Source: an uncultured beta proteobacterium (GTDB lineage: Bacteria; Pseudomonadota; Gammaproteobacteria; Burkholderiales; SG8-39). From it: DNA of 64,000 nucleotides. Positions 41,305-52,446 of the stretch are shown here, one piece after another (within the stretch, counting starts at the first letter, position 1; every line of letters starts with the position of its first letter). The notes beneath the pieces are model-generated. The model was not told the origin of the DNA. It ran no database searches and saw only the letters and a program-made list of their open reading frames with translations. Position numbers and translations under genes: made by a program. Where the stretch lies: NCBI GenBank assembly GCA_963743805.1, contig CAVUQY010000003.1:234131-298130 (forward strand), read 5' to 3'.

Positions 41305-41859
41305 TCAGCCGCGTCGGTGCCCGCCGCGCCGCTGCTTCATTTTCTCGGCGAGCTGGGCGCGCTGCTCGGGGGTGAGCACTTCGGCCACTTCGGCGAGCGA
41401 CTGGACGAAGCGCTTCGACATCGCGTCGGCCGACTGGATCTCCTGCGCGCGGATCGCTTCGATCGCGGCGCGGTCCACGGTCGGCTTCGCGAGCAGCGCC
41501 ATGACCGCCTGCCGCGATTCGCGATGCTTCTCGCGCAGCGGGGTCATCTCCTTCATCGTCGCTTCGACGATGCCGGCGATGCGCTGCTGCTGCGCCTCGG
41601 TCGCGTTGATGTCGGCGAGCATCCACCGGACGCTGGCGTCGACGCGGCGCTTCATCGCCTCCGGGTCCGTCTGCCCGCCCGGGCCCATGTGCCAGCCGCG
41701 ATGCCCGCCGCCGCCGAAGGGTCCGCCGCCGTGGGCAAAGGCCGTCAGACCCACGCCGGCCGCCATGCTGCCGATCACCGCGGCGATCGCAATGCGGCGC
41801 CAGGGGCGGCGCGGCTTGCCGGAGTCGGGTTGCTTCGTCTCGTTCGTCTCATGCGTCAT
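41305..41859 (-). CDS. periplasmic LTXXQ-motif protein (CpxP/Spy/ZraP family)
   Basis: Signal peptide, a Gly-rich region, and LTxxQ-like repeats (ATEAQQQRI..., LTPEQRAQL); RBS AGGAG before the ATG. Confidence 0.7.
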   Translation of the reverse strand: MTHETNETKQPDSGKPRRPWRRIAIAAVIGSMAAGVGLTAFAHGGGPFGGGGHRGWHMGPGGQTDPEAMKRRVDASVRWMLADINATEAQQQRIAGIVEATMKEMTPLREKHRESRQAVMALLAKPTVDRAAIEAIRAQEIQSADAMSKRFVQSLAEVAEVLTPEQRAQLAEKMKQRRGGHRRG

Positions 41860-41974
41860 GCTTGGCTCCTGATTCGGTGCGCCCGCAAAAGCGCAGGCGA
41901 TGGAGCGCAGTCTGGCCGCAACCCGTTTCACCGGTATCTCGGTGGCGTAAAGTTGTGTAAAGCTCATGGTCGCG

Positions 41975-43246
41975 ATGGCACAGGACGAGACCCTTCCCCA
42001 CGTCGTCATTCTCGGCTGCGGCTTCGGCGGCCTGGCGGCGGCGAAGACGCTCGCGGGCGCGAGCGTGCGCGTGACGCTGATCGACCGCGAGAACCATCAT
42101 CTCTTTCAGCCGCTGCTCTACCAGGTGGCGACCGCCGGGCTCGCCTCGGTGGCGATCGCCGCGCCGATCCGCTACATCTTCCGCCGGCAGCGCAACGTCA
42201 CCACGCTGCTCGCCGAGGCGCTCACGATCGACGTGCCGGGACGGCTCGTGGCGCTCGAGGACGGCAGCGCGCTCGGCTACGACTACCTCATCGTCGCAGC
42301 CGGCGCGACGCACAGCTACTTCGGGCACGACGCCTGGGCGCGCTTCGCGCCGGGGCTCAAGACGCTCGACGACGCGATGGAGATCCGCGCCCGGATCCTG
42401 CTCGCGTACGAGCGCGCGGAGCGCGCCACCGACGCCGCGGAGCGGCGACGCCTGCTGACGTTCGTGGTGGTCGGCGGCGGCGCCACCGGCGTCGAGCTCG
42501 CCGGCACGCTCGCCGAGATCGCGCGGCACACGCTGCGCGACGAGTTCCGGCGCATCGACTCGCGCGACGCGCGCATCGTGCTCCTGGAGGGCGCCGATCG
42601 CGTGCTGCCGACCTACCCGCCGGATCTCTCCGAGAAGGCGCGCCGCCAGCTCGACCGGCTCGGGGTGCAGGTGTGCACGAGCTCGATCGTCACCGCGATC
42701 GACGCCGACGGCGTGCGGTTCGGTGGCGTGCGCATGGCGGCGGGCACGGTCGTGTGGGCGGCGGGCATCGCGGCCTCGCCGCTCGGGCGCGCGCTCGGGG
42801 TGCCGCTCGATCGCGCCGGACGCGTGGCGGTGGCGCCGGATCTCTCGATCCCGGACCATCCGGAAGTGTTCGTCATCGGCGACCTGGCGACCGTCACGAG
42901 CGACGGCAAGCCCGTGCCGGGGATCGCGCCCGCCGCGAAGCAGATGGGGCGCTGCGCCGCGCGCAACATCCTCGCCCGCCTGCGCGGTGCGCCGACGCGG
43001 GCGTTCCGCTATCGCGACTACGGCTCGCTCGCGACCATCGGCCGGCACGCCGGCATCGCGGTGATCGGACCGTTCAAGTTCTGGGGCCTGCCGGCGTGGC
43101 TGTTCTGGCTGTTCATCCACATCTACTTCCTGATCGGGTTTCGCAACCGCCTGATGGTGCTGGCCGACTGGGCGTGGTCGTACATGACGTTCGCGCGCAA
43201 CGCGCGGATCGTCATGACGCGCGAGACGGACAAGGAGGCAGGCTAG
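41975..43246 (+). CDS. ndh: type II NADH dehydrogenase
   Basis: GCGFGG and VVGGGATGVE dinucleotide-binding motifs; C-terminal membrane anchor. Confidence 0.9.
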   Translation: MAQDETLPHVVILGCGFGGLAAAKTLAGASVRVTLIDRENHHLFQPLLYQVATAGLASVAIAAPIRYIFRRQRNVTTLLAEALTIDVPGRLVALEDGSALGYDYLIVAAGATHSYFGHDAWARFAPGLKTLDDAMEIRARILLAYERAERATDAAERRRLLTFVVVGGGATGVELAGTLAEIARHTLRDEFRRIDSRDARIVLLEGADRVLPTYPPDLSEKARRQLDRLGVQVCTSSIVTAIDADGVRFGGVRMAAGTVVWAAGIAASPLGRALGVPLDRAGRVAVAPDLSIPDHPEVFVIGDLATVTSDGKPVPGIAPAAKQMGRCAARNILARLRGAPTRAFRYRDYGSLATIGRHAGIAVIGPFKFWGLPAWLFWLFIHIYFLIGFRNRLMVLADWAWSYMTFARNARIVMTRETDKEAG

Positions 43247-43306
43247 ACTCCGGTAGCGTCGGCCGCTCGGCTAGAATCGTCGCGTCCAACCATCGCAGGC
43301 GCTTCA

Positions 43307-43549
43307 ATGTCCCACGCCGCGCTCTGGCGCCTGCTCTCGCAGGTCAAGATCCCGATCCTGATGTTCGCCCTGGTGATCGTGCTGACCGTCTTCGCGCTCG
43401 CGGCGAACGACCGACGCCAGTGCCGCGAGGCGTGTCTCAAGTCCGGGCACGCCGATTACAGCTACGTGCGCGAGCGGTTCGGCGACGCGACGTGCGATTG
43501 CATCACCCGCGACGGCAAGACTGTCGCGGCGCCACAAACGGCGCGCTGA
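43307..43549 (+). CDS. hypothetical small membrane protein (Cys-rich C-terminus)
   Basis: 80 aa with one TM helix and CxxxC...C.C; no recognisable family. Confidence 0.35.
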   Translation: MSHAALWRLLSQVKIPILMFALVIVLTVFALAANDRRQCREACLKSGHADYSYVRERFGDATCDCITRDGKTVAAPQTAR

Positions 43550-43905
43550 AAAGAAGCCCGCCGGGTTGCCCTGGCGGGCAGGAGTGCGACCGTTCCGGAG
43601 GGAGGGGGCGTTGGACTAAGCCATCCCGCCGATTCCTACCCCCGCCGAAGGGTGTAATGACGCGCGGCTGGCACGCGACTAGTGTGGAGCGCGTCGAAAC
43701 TCGCGCGCACTCGGGAGTCGCCATGCAGAAACTGCTGCCCAAGGGACACGTGTCCTGCCTCTCGCAGGGATTCCGGTACACGCCGGCGGCGGGGACGGAC
43801 CTCGCGAAGACCTTCGCGCGCATCCGCCGCCAGCTCAGGGCCGAGGCCAAGGTGCCGGCCAACGTGCACCCGCTGCGCAAGTCCGGCCAGTAGGCCGGCG
43901 CGCGC

Positions 43906-45381
43906 TCAGACGGACATGCAGAGGTACTTGACCTCGAGGTAGTCCTCGATCCCGTACTTCGAGCCCTCGCGGCCGAGCCCGGATTCCTTGACCCCGCCGA
44001 ACGGCGCCTCGGCCGTCGAAATCAGGCCGGTGTTGATGCCGACGATGCCCGACTCGATGCCTTCGGCGACGCGCCAGACCCGCGCGAGGTCGCGCGCGTA
44101 GAAGTACGCCGCGAGGCCGAACTCGGTGTCGTTCGCCATCCGGATCGCCTCCGCCTCGTCCTTGAAGCGGAAGAGCGGCGCGACCGGACCGAACGTCTCT
44201 TCCTTCGTGACTTTCATCGACGGGTTCACGTTCGCGAGGATGGTGGGCTCGAAGAAGAGCCCGCCGAGCGCATGGCGCTTGCCGCCGGTGACGACCTTCG
44301 CGCCTTTCGCGACCGCGTCCGAGACGTGCTCCTCGACCTTCTTCACCGCCGCCTCGTCGATCAGCGGTCCGATGGTGACGCCCGGCTCGAGGCCGTTGCC
44401 GATCTTGAACTTTGCGACGCGTTCACCGAGCTTCGCCGCGAACGCGTCGTAGACCTTGTCCTGCACCAGGATGCGATTCGCGCAGACGCAGGTCTGGCCG
44501 GCGTTGCGGTACTTCGATGCGATCGCCCCGTCGGCCGCCGCGTCGAGATCGGCGTCGTCGAACACGATGAAGGGCGCGTTGCCGCCGAGTTCCATCGAGG
44601 TCTTCTTCACCGTGCGGGCGCACTGCTCGAGCAGCACCTTGCCGATCTCGGTCGAGCCGGTGAACGTGAGCTTGCGCACCAGCGGGTTCGACGTCATTTC
44701 GCCGCCCACCGCCTTCGCGCTGCCGGTCACGACGCTGAACACGCCTTTCGGCACGCCGGCGCGCTCCGCGAGCTCGGCGAGCGCGAGCGCCGAGAAGGGC
44801 GTCGCGGAGGCGGGCTTCGAGACCATCGTGCAGCCCGCGGCGAGCGCCGGGCCGACCTTGCGCGTGATCATCGCCGCCGGGAAGTTCCAGGGCGTGATCG
44901 CCGCGCACACGCCCACCGGCTGCTTGATGACGACGATGCGCTTGTCGGGCAGGTGCCCGGGAATCGTGTCGCCGTAGACGCGCCGCGCCTCCTCGGCGAA
45001 CCACTCGATGAACGACGCCGCGTAGGCGATCTCGCCGCGCGACTCGGTGAGCGGCTTGCCCTGCTCGGCGGTCATGATGATCGCGAGGTCCTCCTGATTC
45101 GCCATCATCAGCTCGGACCATTTGCGGAGGATCGCCGAGCGCTCCTTGGCGGTCTTCGCGCGCCAGGCGGGCCAGGCCGCGTTGGCCGCTTCGATCGCGC
45201 GGCGGGTCTCCGCGGCGCCCATGTTCGGAACGGTCCCGAGCACCTCGCCGGTCGCGGGGTTGGTGACGGCGAGCGTCTTGCCGCTGTCCGCGTCGAGCCA
45301 CGCCCCGTCGACGTAGCACTGCTGGCGGAAGAGGTTCCGGTCCTTGAGCTTGAGCGAAGCGAGATCGGTCGGAGCGTTCAC
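43906..45381 (-). CDS. gabD: NAD(P)-dependent succinate-semialdehyde dehydrogenase
   Basis: Aldehyde dehydrogenase motifs (ELGGNAP, catalytic Cys in QTCVCANR); GTG start with a GGAGG RBS. Confidence 0.9.
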   Translation of the reverse strand: MNAPTDLASLKLKDRNLFRQQCYVDGAWLDADSGKTLAVTNPATGEVLGTVPNMGAAETRRAIEAANAAWPAWRAKTAKERSAILRKWSELMMANQEDLAIIMTAEQGKPLTESRGEIAYAASFIEWFAEEARRVYGDTIPGHLPDKRIVVIKQPVGVCAAITPWNFPAAMITRKVGPALAAGCTMVSKPASATPFSALALAELAERAGVPKGVFSVVTGSAKAVGGEMTSNPLVRKLTFTGSTEIGKVLLEQCARTVKKTSMELGGNAPFIVFDDADLDAAADGAIASKYRNAGQTCVCANRILVQDKVYDAFAAKLGERVAKFKIGNGLEPGVTIGPLIDEAAVKKVEEHVSDAVAKGAKVVTGGKRHALGGLFFEPTILANVNPSMKVTKEETFGPVAPLFRFKDEAEAIRMANDTEFGLAAYFYARDLARVWRVAEGIESGIVGINTGLISTAEAPFGGVKESGLGREGSKYGIEDYLEVKYLCMSV

Positions 45382-45611
45382 GAGAGTTTTCCTCCACGGG
45401 CGGGGTGATCGGGGGCGGCGCGGCTCGCAGGGAGCGCCCGGGCGACGACCACAAAGTATATGCCCGCGTGCCCGGGCCGGCGCCGTCCGGACGGGTGCCG
45501 AAGGCCGCCCCGATATTGCCCCGCGCTGCACAAGGCGGTGGCTATAATGCGCCTCCACCGCCGGGGGGCGCATCTTGCGATGCGAGCCGATCCGCTGGAT
45601 CGCCGGGACAA

Positions 45612-46367
45612 ATGGCGCAGGACATCATTCTCGAAACGCGGGGCTTGACGAAGGAGTTCAAGGGCTTCGTCGCGGTCCAGAACGTGTCGCTGCGGGTCCG
45701 GCGCGGCACCATCCACGCGCTCATCGGCCCGAACGGCGCCGGCAAGACCACCTGCTTCAACCTGCTGACGCACTTCCTGGTGCCGACGAGCGGCCAGATT
45801 TTCTACAACGGCAAGGAGATCACCGGCTCCCGCCCCGCCGCCATCGCGCGCATGGGGCTGGTGCGCTCGTTCCAGATCTCGGCGGTGTTCCCGCACCTGA
45901 CCGTGCTCGAGAACGTGCGCATCGCGCTGCAGCGGAAGCGCGGCACCTCGTTCGATTTCTGGCGCTCCGAGCGGGTGCTCGAGCAGCTGAACCCGCGCGC
46001 GCGCGAGCTCATCGAGGCGGTCGGCCTGACCGAATTCACCGACACCGCCGCAGTGGAGCTGCCCTACGGCAGGAAGCGCGCGCTCGAGATCGCCACCACG
46101 CTCGCGCTCGACCCCGAGATGATGCTGCTCGACGAGCCCACCGCCGGCATGACGCACGAGGACGTGGAGCGCATCTCGGCGCTGGTGAAGAAGGTCGCCG
46201 CCAATCGCACGGTGCTGATGGTCGAGCACAACCTGTCGGTGGTCGCGAACCTGTCGGACACGATCACCGTGCTGCAGCGGGGCGAGATCCTCGCCGAAGG
46301 CGACTACGCCGCGGTGTCGAAGGACCCGCAGGTGATCCAGGCCTACATGGGTTCGGGGCATGGCTGA
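45612..46367 (+). CDS. livG: branched-chain amino acid ABC transporter ATP-binding protein
   Basis: Walker [10 protein letters not shown]; intact 251 aa. Confidence 0.9.
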   Translation: MAQDIILETRGLTKEFKGFVAVQNVSLRVRRGTIHALIGPNGAGKTTCFNLLTHFLVPTSGQIFYNGKEITGSRPAAIARMGLVRSFQISAVFPHLTVLENVRIALQRKRGTSFDFWRSERVLEQLNPRARELIEAVGLTEFTDTAAVELPYGRKRALEIATTLALDPEMMLLDEPTAGMTHEDVERISALVKKVAANRTVLMVEHNLSVVANLSDTITVLQRGEILAEGDYAAVSKDPQVIQAYMGSGHG

Positions 46368-47064
46368 GGCGCTGCTGCAAGTGAAGGGGCTGCACGCCTG
46401 GTACGGCGAGTCGCACATCCTGCACGGGGTCGATCTGGAGGTGCGCAAGGGCGAGGTGGTGACGCTGCTCGGGCGCAACGGCGCCGGCAAGACCACCACG
46501 CTCAAGTCGGTGATGGGCATGGTGGGGCGCCGCGAAGGCTCGATCGCCTTCGAGGGCCGCGAGATCGGCGCGCTGCCCTCCAATCGCGTGGCGCGCCTGG
46601 GCATCGCCTTCTGCCCCGAGGAGCGCGGCATCTTCGCCAGCCTGAACGTGGAGGAGAACCTGCTGCTGCCGCCCAAGGTGCGCGAGGGCGGCCTGGACAC
46701 GGCGCAGATCTTCGAGCTGTTCCCGAACGTGAGGGAGCGCCTCGCCAGCCAGGGCACCAAGCTCTCCGGCGGCGAGCAGCAGATGCTCGCCATCGGCCGC
46801 ATCCTGCGCACCGGCGCGCACCTGCTGCTGCTGGACGAGCCCACCGAGGGCCTCGCGCCGGTGATCGTGCAGCAGATCGGGCGCACGCTCGCGCGCCTGA
46901 AGGGCGAGGGCTTCACCATCCTGCTGGTCGAGCAGAACTTCCGCTTCGCGCAGACGGTGGCCGACCGTCACTACGTCATGGAGCACGGGCGCGTGGTGGA
47001 CATGATTCCCAATTCCGGGCTCGAGGCGGCGATGCCGAAGCTGCACGAGTATCTCGGCGTATGA
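46360..47064 (+). CDS. livF: branched-chain amino acid ABC transporter ATP-binding protein
   Basis: GRNGAGKTT, LSGGEQQMLAIGRIL; intact 234 aa. Confidence 0.9.
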   Translation: MAEALLQVKGLHAWYGESHILHGVDLEVRKGEVVTLLGRNGAGKTTTLKSVMGMVGRREGSIAFEGREIGALPSNRVARLGIAFCPEERGIFASLNVEENLLLPPKVREGGLDTAQIFELFPNVRERLASQGTKLSGGEQQMLAIGRILRTGAHLLLLDEPTEGLAPVIVQQIGRTLARLKGEGFTILLVEQNFRFAQTVADRHYVMEHGRVVDMIPNSGLEAAMPKLHEYLGV

Positions 47065-47092
47065 ACGCAACGATTCTTCAACAGGAGGCAGC

Positions 47093-48301
47093 ATGAAAAT
47101 GAAACGCACAATCATCGCGGCGGCCGTCGCCGCGCTGGCCGGCACCGCCCAGGCCCAGATTTCCGACGGCGTGATCAAGATCGGCGTCATGAACGACATG
47201 TCCGGCCTGTATGCCGACCTGACCGGCCCGGGCTCGGTGGTGGCGGCGCGCCTGGCGGTGGAGGACTTCGGCGCGGCGAAGAAGGGCATGAAGGTGGAGA
47301 TCGTCTCCGCCGACCACCAGAACAAGCCCGACGTCGGCTCGACGATCGCGCGCGCCTGGTACGACAACGACAAGGTGGACGTCATCGTCGACGTGCCGAC
47401 CTCGTCGGTGGCGCTGGCGGTCAACCAGATCACGCGCGAGAAGGGCAAGGCGTTCCTGGTGTCCGGCGCGGCGACCTCCGACCTGACCGGCAAGGCCTGC
47501 TCGCCCAACACGATCCACTGGACCTACGACACCTGGATGCTGGCCAATGGCACCGGCAGCGCGATCGTCAAGACGGGCGGCGACAGCTGGTTCTTCCTGA
47601 CCGCCGACTACGCGTTCGGGCACGCGCTGGAGCGCGATACCGAAGCGGTCGTGCTGAAGAGCGGCGGCAAGGTGCTCGGCAAGGTGCGCCATCCGTTCCC
47701 CGGCAGCGACTTTTCCTCGTTCCTGCTGCAGGCGCAGGCCTCGAAGGCGAAGATCATCGGCCTGGCCAATGCCGGCGGCGACACCATCAACTCCATCAAG
47801 CAGGCGTCCGAGTTCGGCATCGTCAAGGGCGGTCAGAACCTCGCCGGCCTGCTGGTGTTCCTCACCGACGTCAAGGCGCTCGGGCTGCAGACCGCGCAGG
47901 GCCTGATCTTCACCGAGACGTTCTACTGGGACCAGAACGACGCGACGCGGGCGTTCACCAAGCGCTTCTCGGCGCAGGCGCCGCGCAACAACTATCCGAC
48001 GATGATCCACGCCGGCGTGTACTCCGCGGTGCTCCACTACCTGAAGGCGATCGAGGCGGCCAAGACCGACGACGGCGGCAAGGTCATCGCGCAGATGAAG
48101 GCGATGCCGACCGACGACCCGCTGTTCGGCAAGGGCACGGTCCGCGCCGACGGCCGCAAGCTGCACGCCGCGCTGCTGGTCGAGGTGAAGAAGCCGAGCG
48201 AGTCGACCGGGCCGTGGGACCTCTACAAGATCCGCGCCACGATCCCGGCCGACCAGGCGTTCCGGCCGATGGCCGAGGGCGGCTGCCCGCTGGTGAAGTA
48301 G
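47093..48301 (+). CDS. ABC transporter substrate-binding protein (Leu/Ile/Val-binding family)
   Basis: Signal peptide plus periplasmic-binding-protein type I fold; 402 aa. Confidence 0.85.
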   Translation: MKMKRTIIAAAVAALAGTAQAQISDGVIKIGVMNDMSGLYADLTGPGSVVAARLAVEDFGAAKKGMKVEIVSADHQNKPDVGSTIARAWYDNDKVDVIVDVPTSSVALAVNQITREKGKAFLVSGAATSDLTGKACSPNTIHWTYDTWMLANGTGSAIVKTGGDSWFFLTADYAFGHALERDTEAVVLKSGGKVLGKVRHPFPGSDFSSFLLQAQASKAKIIGLANAGGDTINSIKQASEFGIVKGGQNLAGLLVFLTDVKALGLQTAQGLIFTETFYWDQNDATRAFTKRFSAQAPRNNYPTMIHAGVYSAVLHYLKAIEAAKTDDGGKVIAQMKAMPTDDPLFGKGTVRADGRKLHAALLVEVKKPSESTGPWDLYKIRATIPADQAFRPMAEGGCPLVK

Positions 48302-48323
48302 CCGGGCAGGCGGTGACCGACGC

Positions 48324-49211
48324 ATGACCGAGATCTTCGGCGTCCCGACGCAAGCGCTGTTCGGGCAGCTGCTGATCGGCCTGATCAACGGGTCGTTCTA
48401 CGCGCTGCTCTCGCTCGGGCTCGCCGTGATCTTCGGTCTGCTCAACATCATCAACTTCACCCACGGCGCCCAGTACATGATGGGCGCCTTCGTCGCCTAC
48501 CTGCTGCTGAACCGTTTGGGGATCGGCTACTGGTGGGCGCTGCTGGTGGCGCCGATCGCCGTCGGCGCGACCGGCATGCTGATCGAGCGCACCATGCTGG
48601 CGCGGCTCTACAAGCTCGACCACCTGTACGGCCTGCTGCTGACGTTCGGCCTGGCGCTGATCATCCAGGGCCTGTTCCGCCACGAGTACGGCTCCTCGGG
48701 GCTGCCGTACCAGATTCCCGCGCAGCTGCAGGGCGGCCAGAACCTGGGCTTCATGTTCCTGCCCAACTACCGCGCGTGGGTCATCATCGCCTCGCTCGCG
48801 GTGTGCCTGGGCACCTGGTTCGTGATCGAGCGCACCAAGCTCGGCGCCTACCTGCGCGCGGCGACGGAGAACCCGGCGCTGGTGCAGGCCTTCGGCATCA
48901 ACGTGCCGCGCATGATCACGCTCACCTACGGCTTCGGCGTGGCCCTGGCGGCGCTCGCCGGCGTGATGGCCGCGCCGATCTACCAGGTCAGCCCGCAGAT
49001 GGGGGCCGACCTGATCATCGTGGTGTTCGCGGTGGTGGTGATCGGCGGCATGGGCTCGATCATGGGCTCGATCGTCACCGGCTTCGGCCTGGGCGTCATC
49101 GAGGGCCTGACCAAGGTGTTCTACCCGGAGGCGTCCAACACCGTGATCTTCATCATCATGGCGATCGTGCTGATGATCCGGCCGAGCGGCCTGTTCGGGA
49201 CGGCGAAATGA
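48324..49211 (+). CDS. livH: branched-chain amino acid ABC transporter permease
   Basis: 295 aa polytopic; LivH-like. Confidence 0.88.
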   Translation: MTEIFGVPTQALFGQLLIGLINGSFYALLSLGLAVIFGLLNIINFTHGAQYMMGAFVAYLLLNRLGIGYWWALLVAPIAVGATGMLIERTMLARLYKLDHLYGLLLTFGLALIIQGLFRHEYGSSGLPYQIPAQLQGGQNLGFMFLPNYRAWVIIASLAVCLGTWFVIERTKLGAYLRAATENPALVQAFGINVPRMITLTYGFGVALAALAGVMAAPIYQVSPQMGADLIIVVFAVVVIGGMGSIMGSIVTGFGLGVIEGLTKVFYPEASNTVIFIIMAIVLMIRPSGLFGTAK

Positions 49212-50128
49212 ACCCTCAGCGCATCGCGCTCGCCGTGATGGTCGCGTTCTTCGCGCTGGCGCCGGCGGTGATCTATCCGCTGTTCCTGATGAAGGTGATG
49301 TGCTTCGCGCTGTTCGCCTGCGCCTTCAACCTGCTGATCGGCTACGGCGGGCTGCTGTCCTTCGGCCACGCGATGTTCTTCGGCGGCGCGGCCTACATCT
49401 CGGCGCACGCCGCCAAGGTGTGGGGCTTCCCGCCGGAGCTCGCCATCCTCGCCGCGGCGGTGGCGGCGGCGGTGCTCGGCCTGGGTGCCGGCCTGATCGC
49501 CATCCGGCGCCAGGGCATCTACTTCGCGATGATCACGCTGGCGCTGGCGCAGATGGTGTACTTCTTCTTCGTGCAGGCGCCGTTCACCGGCGGCGAGGAC
49601 GGCATCCAGGCGGTGCCGCGCGGGCGCCTGTTCGGCCTGTTCGACCTCGCGTCCGTGACGAACATGTACGTGCTGGTGTTCGCGATCTTCCTGGGCGGCT
49701 TCCTGCTCATCTACCGCATCATCCAGTCGCCCTTCGGCCAGGTGCTCAAGGCGATCCGCGAGAACGAGCCGCGCGCGATTTCGCTCGGCTACGACACCGA
49801 CCGCTACAAGCTGCTCGCGTTCGTGCTGTCGGCGGCGCTCGCCGGGCTCGCCGGGGGCACCAAGGCGCTGGTGTTCCAGCTCGCCTCGCTCACCGACGTC
49901 CACTGGACGATGTCCGGCGAGGTGGTGCTGATGACGCTGGTCGGCGGCCTTGGCACGGTGTTCGGGCCGGTCGTGGGCGCCCTGGTCATCGTCGCGATGG
50001 CGAATTACCTCGCGCAGCTCGGCGCCTGGGTGACGGTGGTGCAGGGAGTGATCTTCGTGGTCTGCGTGCTCATGTTCCGGCGCGGTGTAATCGGCGAGAT
50101 CGCGCACTGGCTCAAGAAGCCGCTCTAG
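49208..50128 (+). CDS. livM: branched-chain amino acid ABC transporter permease
   Basis: 306 aa polytopic; ATGA overlap with livH. Confidence 0.88.
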   Translation: MNPQRIALAVMVAFFALAPAVIYPLFLMKVMCFALFACAFNLLIGYGGLLSFGHAMFFGGAAYISAHAAKVWGFPPELAILAAAVAAAVLGLGAGLIAIRRQGIYFAMITLALAQMVYFFFVQAPFTGGEDGIQAVPRGRLFGLFDLASVTNMYVLVFAIFLGGFLLIYRIIQSPFGQVLKAIRENEPRAISLGYDTDRYKLLAFVLSAALAGLAGGTKALVFQLASLTDVHWTMSGEVVLMTLVGGLGTVFGPVVGALVIVAMANYLAQLGAWVTVVQGVIFVVCVLMFRRGVIGEIAHWLKKPL

Positions 50129-50132
50129 GCGC

Positions 50133-50777
50133 ATGAGCTCGGCCACGCGCATCCGCGACCTCCTCGTCGCGCAACGCGTCGTCCCGGTGCTGCGCTTCGG
50201 TTCGGCCGCCACCACCATCCGCGCGGTCGATTGCCTGCGCGAGGCGGGTTTCAACACGTTCGAGATCACGCTCACGACGCCCGGCGCGGTCGAGTTGATC
50301 GCGGAGCTGCACGCGCGCATCGGCGCAACCGCGACGGTCGGTGCCGGCACCGTCACCGATCTGGACGCCGCGCGGCGCTGCGTCGACGCCGGCGCGCAGT
50401 TCCTCGTATCGCCGTGCGTCGTGCCGGGGCTCGCCGCCGTGGCGCACGAAGCCGGACGCGCCGCGCTGATCGGCGGCTTCACGCCCACCGAGATCCTCGC
50501 GGCCCACCGCGAGGGCGCCGATATCGTGAAGGTCTTCCCGTCATCGATCGGCGGACCCGCGTATCTCGGTGCGCTGCACGCCGTCTTTCCCGACGTGCTG
50601 CTCTGCCCGACCGGCGGGGTCACGCTCGAGAACATGAAGAGCTACTTCACGGCCGGCGCGGCGCTGGTCGGCATCGGCAATAACCTTCTTGACCAGGCCG
50701 CGCTCGCCGCTGGCGACATCGCGCGCGTCATCGCGGGCGCGCGGCGCTTTCTCGATCCGACCGTCTCGTCGGCATGA
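50133..50777 (+). CDS. eda: 2-dehydro-3-deoxyphosphogluconate/4-hydroxy-2-oxoglutarate aldolase
   Basis: KDPG aldolase motifs (VPVLR..., catalytic-Lys region FPS..GG). Confidence 0.85.
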   Translation: MSSATRIRDLLVAQRVVPVLRFGSAATTIRAVDCLREAGFNTFEITLTTPGAVELIAELHARIGATATVGAGTVTDLDAARRCVDAGAQFLVSPCVVPGLAAVAHEAGRAALIGGFTPTEILAAHREGADIVKVFPSSIGGPAYLGALHAVFPDVLLCPTGGVTLENMKSYFTAGAALVGIGNNLLDQAALAAGDIARVIAGARRFLDPTVSSA

Positions 50778-50834
50778 GTCCGCCGGGCCGCCCCAAGGAC
50801 GAATCCCGAGCGCGGGAAGCGCGAGGGTAGTCCA

Positions 50835-51762
50835 ATGCGCGTAGACGTTCTCGCCATCGGCGAGCCGATGGTGGAGTTCAACCAGACGCAGCCCGGCGAC
50901 CCGCAGCTACCTGCAGGGCTTCGGCGGCGACTCGTCGAACATGATCATCGCCGCGGCGCGCTCGGGCGCGCGCGCCGCCTACGTCACGCGGCTCGGCGAC
51001 GACGAGTTCGGGCGCATGTTCCTCGAGCTGTGGCGGCGCCGAGGGCGTCGACGCGTCGGGCGTGGGCATCGACCCGCAGGCGCACACGGCGGTCTACTGC
51101 GTGAGTCATGGCCCGCAGGGACACGTCTTCAGCTACCTGCGCGCCGGCTCGGCGGCGAGCCGAATGCAGCCCGCGGACCTGCCGCTCGACCTGATTCGCG
51201 CCGCCAGGTTCGTCCACGCCTCGGGGATCAGCATGGCGATCTCGGCGAGCGCGGCGGACACGGTGCTCGCCGCGTTCGAGGCGGCGCGGTCGGCCGGCGC
51301 GAAGGTCTCGTTCGACTCGAACCTGCGGCTCAAGCTCTGGCCGCTCGCGCGCGCGCGGGCGATGATCGGCGCCGCGGCCGGGCTCGCCGACTATTTCTTC
51401 CCGAGCATCGAGGACGCGCGCGCCCTGAGCGGCCTCGAGCCGGCCGGACGCGATCATCGACTGGGCGCACCGGCTCGGCGCGCGGACCGTGTTCCTCAAG
51501 CTCGGGCCGGACGGCGTGATCGTGAGCGACGGGACGAAGCGCGAGCGCATCGCCGGCCACAAGGTGAACGCGGTCGACGCGACCGGAGCGGGCGACTGCT
51601 TCTGCGGCGCGACGCTCGCGCGGCTCTGCGCGGGCGATACCGCCTTCGAAGCGGCCCGCTACGCGAACGCGGCCGCGGCGCTCGCGACCACCGGCTTCGG
51701 CGCCGTGGCGCCGCTGCCGCGGCCCGAGGCCGTCCGCGCGCTGCTGGCCACGGCGGGCTGAA
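50835..51762 (+). pseudogene. kdgK: 2-dehydro-3-deoxygluconokinase (PfkB family), about 4 apparent frameshifts
   Basis: PfkB sugar-kinase segments over four frames, including the C-terminal DATGAGDCF motif. Confidence 0.7.
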
Positions 51763-51836
51763 GCTTCCGCCCACCGTACCATTCGACAGGATCGCTCGCG
51801 AAGGGAACGACACGATGCACCCACCACGCCGCGGTA

Positions 51837-52355
51837 TTGCGGCCGCAGCAGCTGCTCTGCCTGTCTCTGCTGCCGGCAGGATGCGCCGAGCTCACTCAAT
51901 ACCAGGCGCAGATCGAGGAGATCCGGGATCTGTGGCGGCAGCTGCGGGGACTCGAGCCCGCTCCGCCTGCGCCGACGCCCCCCGTGGTGGTGACGCCCGA
52001 TGCCCCGGTCCAGGCCCTCACGGTGAAGGGCAGCTGCGTCGGACGAGACGAGACCGGCTATGCCGAGAGCGTCCAGCTCGACGTGGCGGGCGGGCAGGTG
52101 CGGCAGTTCGACGCGCGCATCGACATCCCCAAGCGCGGCAGCTGTCGCTTCCAGCTGGTCGATTTTTCGCAGTCCAGGCAGACGCCGTACGTAGAGCTCG
52201 CCGCCCGCTCGAAGACGGCCTGTGCGATTCGCATGTGGCAGCAGGGCAGCCGCGTGACCGTCACCGCGACCGACTGCGAGGAGAAGTGCACGCGCGGCGC
52301 GTTCGAGTACATCTGGCCGATCCAGTTCGACGCGAAAACGGGCGGCTGCTATTGA
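51837..52355 (+). CDS. hypothetical lipoprotein
   Basis: Lipobox LLPAGC; 172 aa, Cys-containing, no family recognised. Confidence 0.45.
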   Translation: MRPQQLLCLSLLPAGCAELTQYQAQIEEIRDLWRQLRGLEPAPPAPTPPVVVTPDAPVQALTVKGSCVGRDETGYAESVQLDVAGGQVRQFDARIDIPKRGSCRFQLVDFSQSRQTPYVELAARSKTACAIRMWQQGSRVTVTATDCEEKCTRGAFEYIWPIQFDAKTGGCY

Positions 52356-52446
52356 TCCGGGGGTGCGGCGACCAGTGAGCGGGCCGGCGGCACCCGTTCG
52401 ATCGCGCCCCGGTATCATCGGCCGGTCGACCACGGAGACCTCCGCA

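Noticed and set aside
40894-43893. 999-aa plus-strand ORF across the response regulator, CpxP-like gene and ndh
   Set aside because: It is an antisense or off-frame artefact with an R/A/G/P-rich composition and no domain signatures. It overlaps well-supported genes on both strands.
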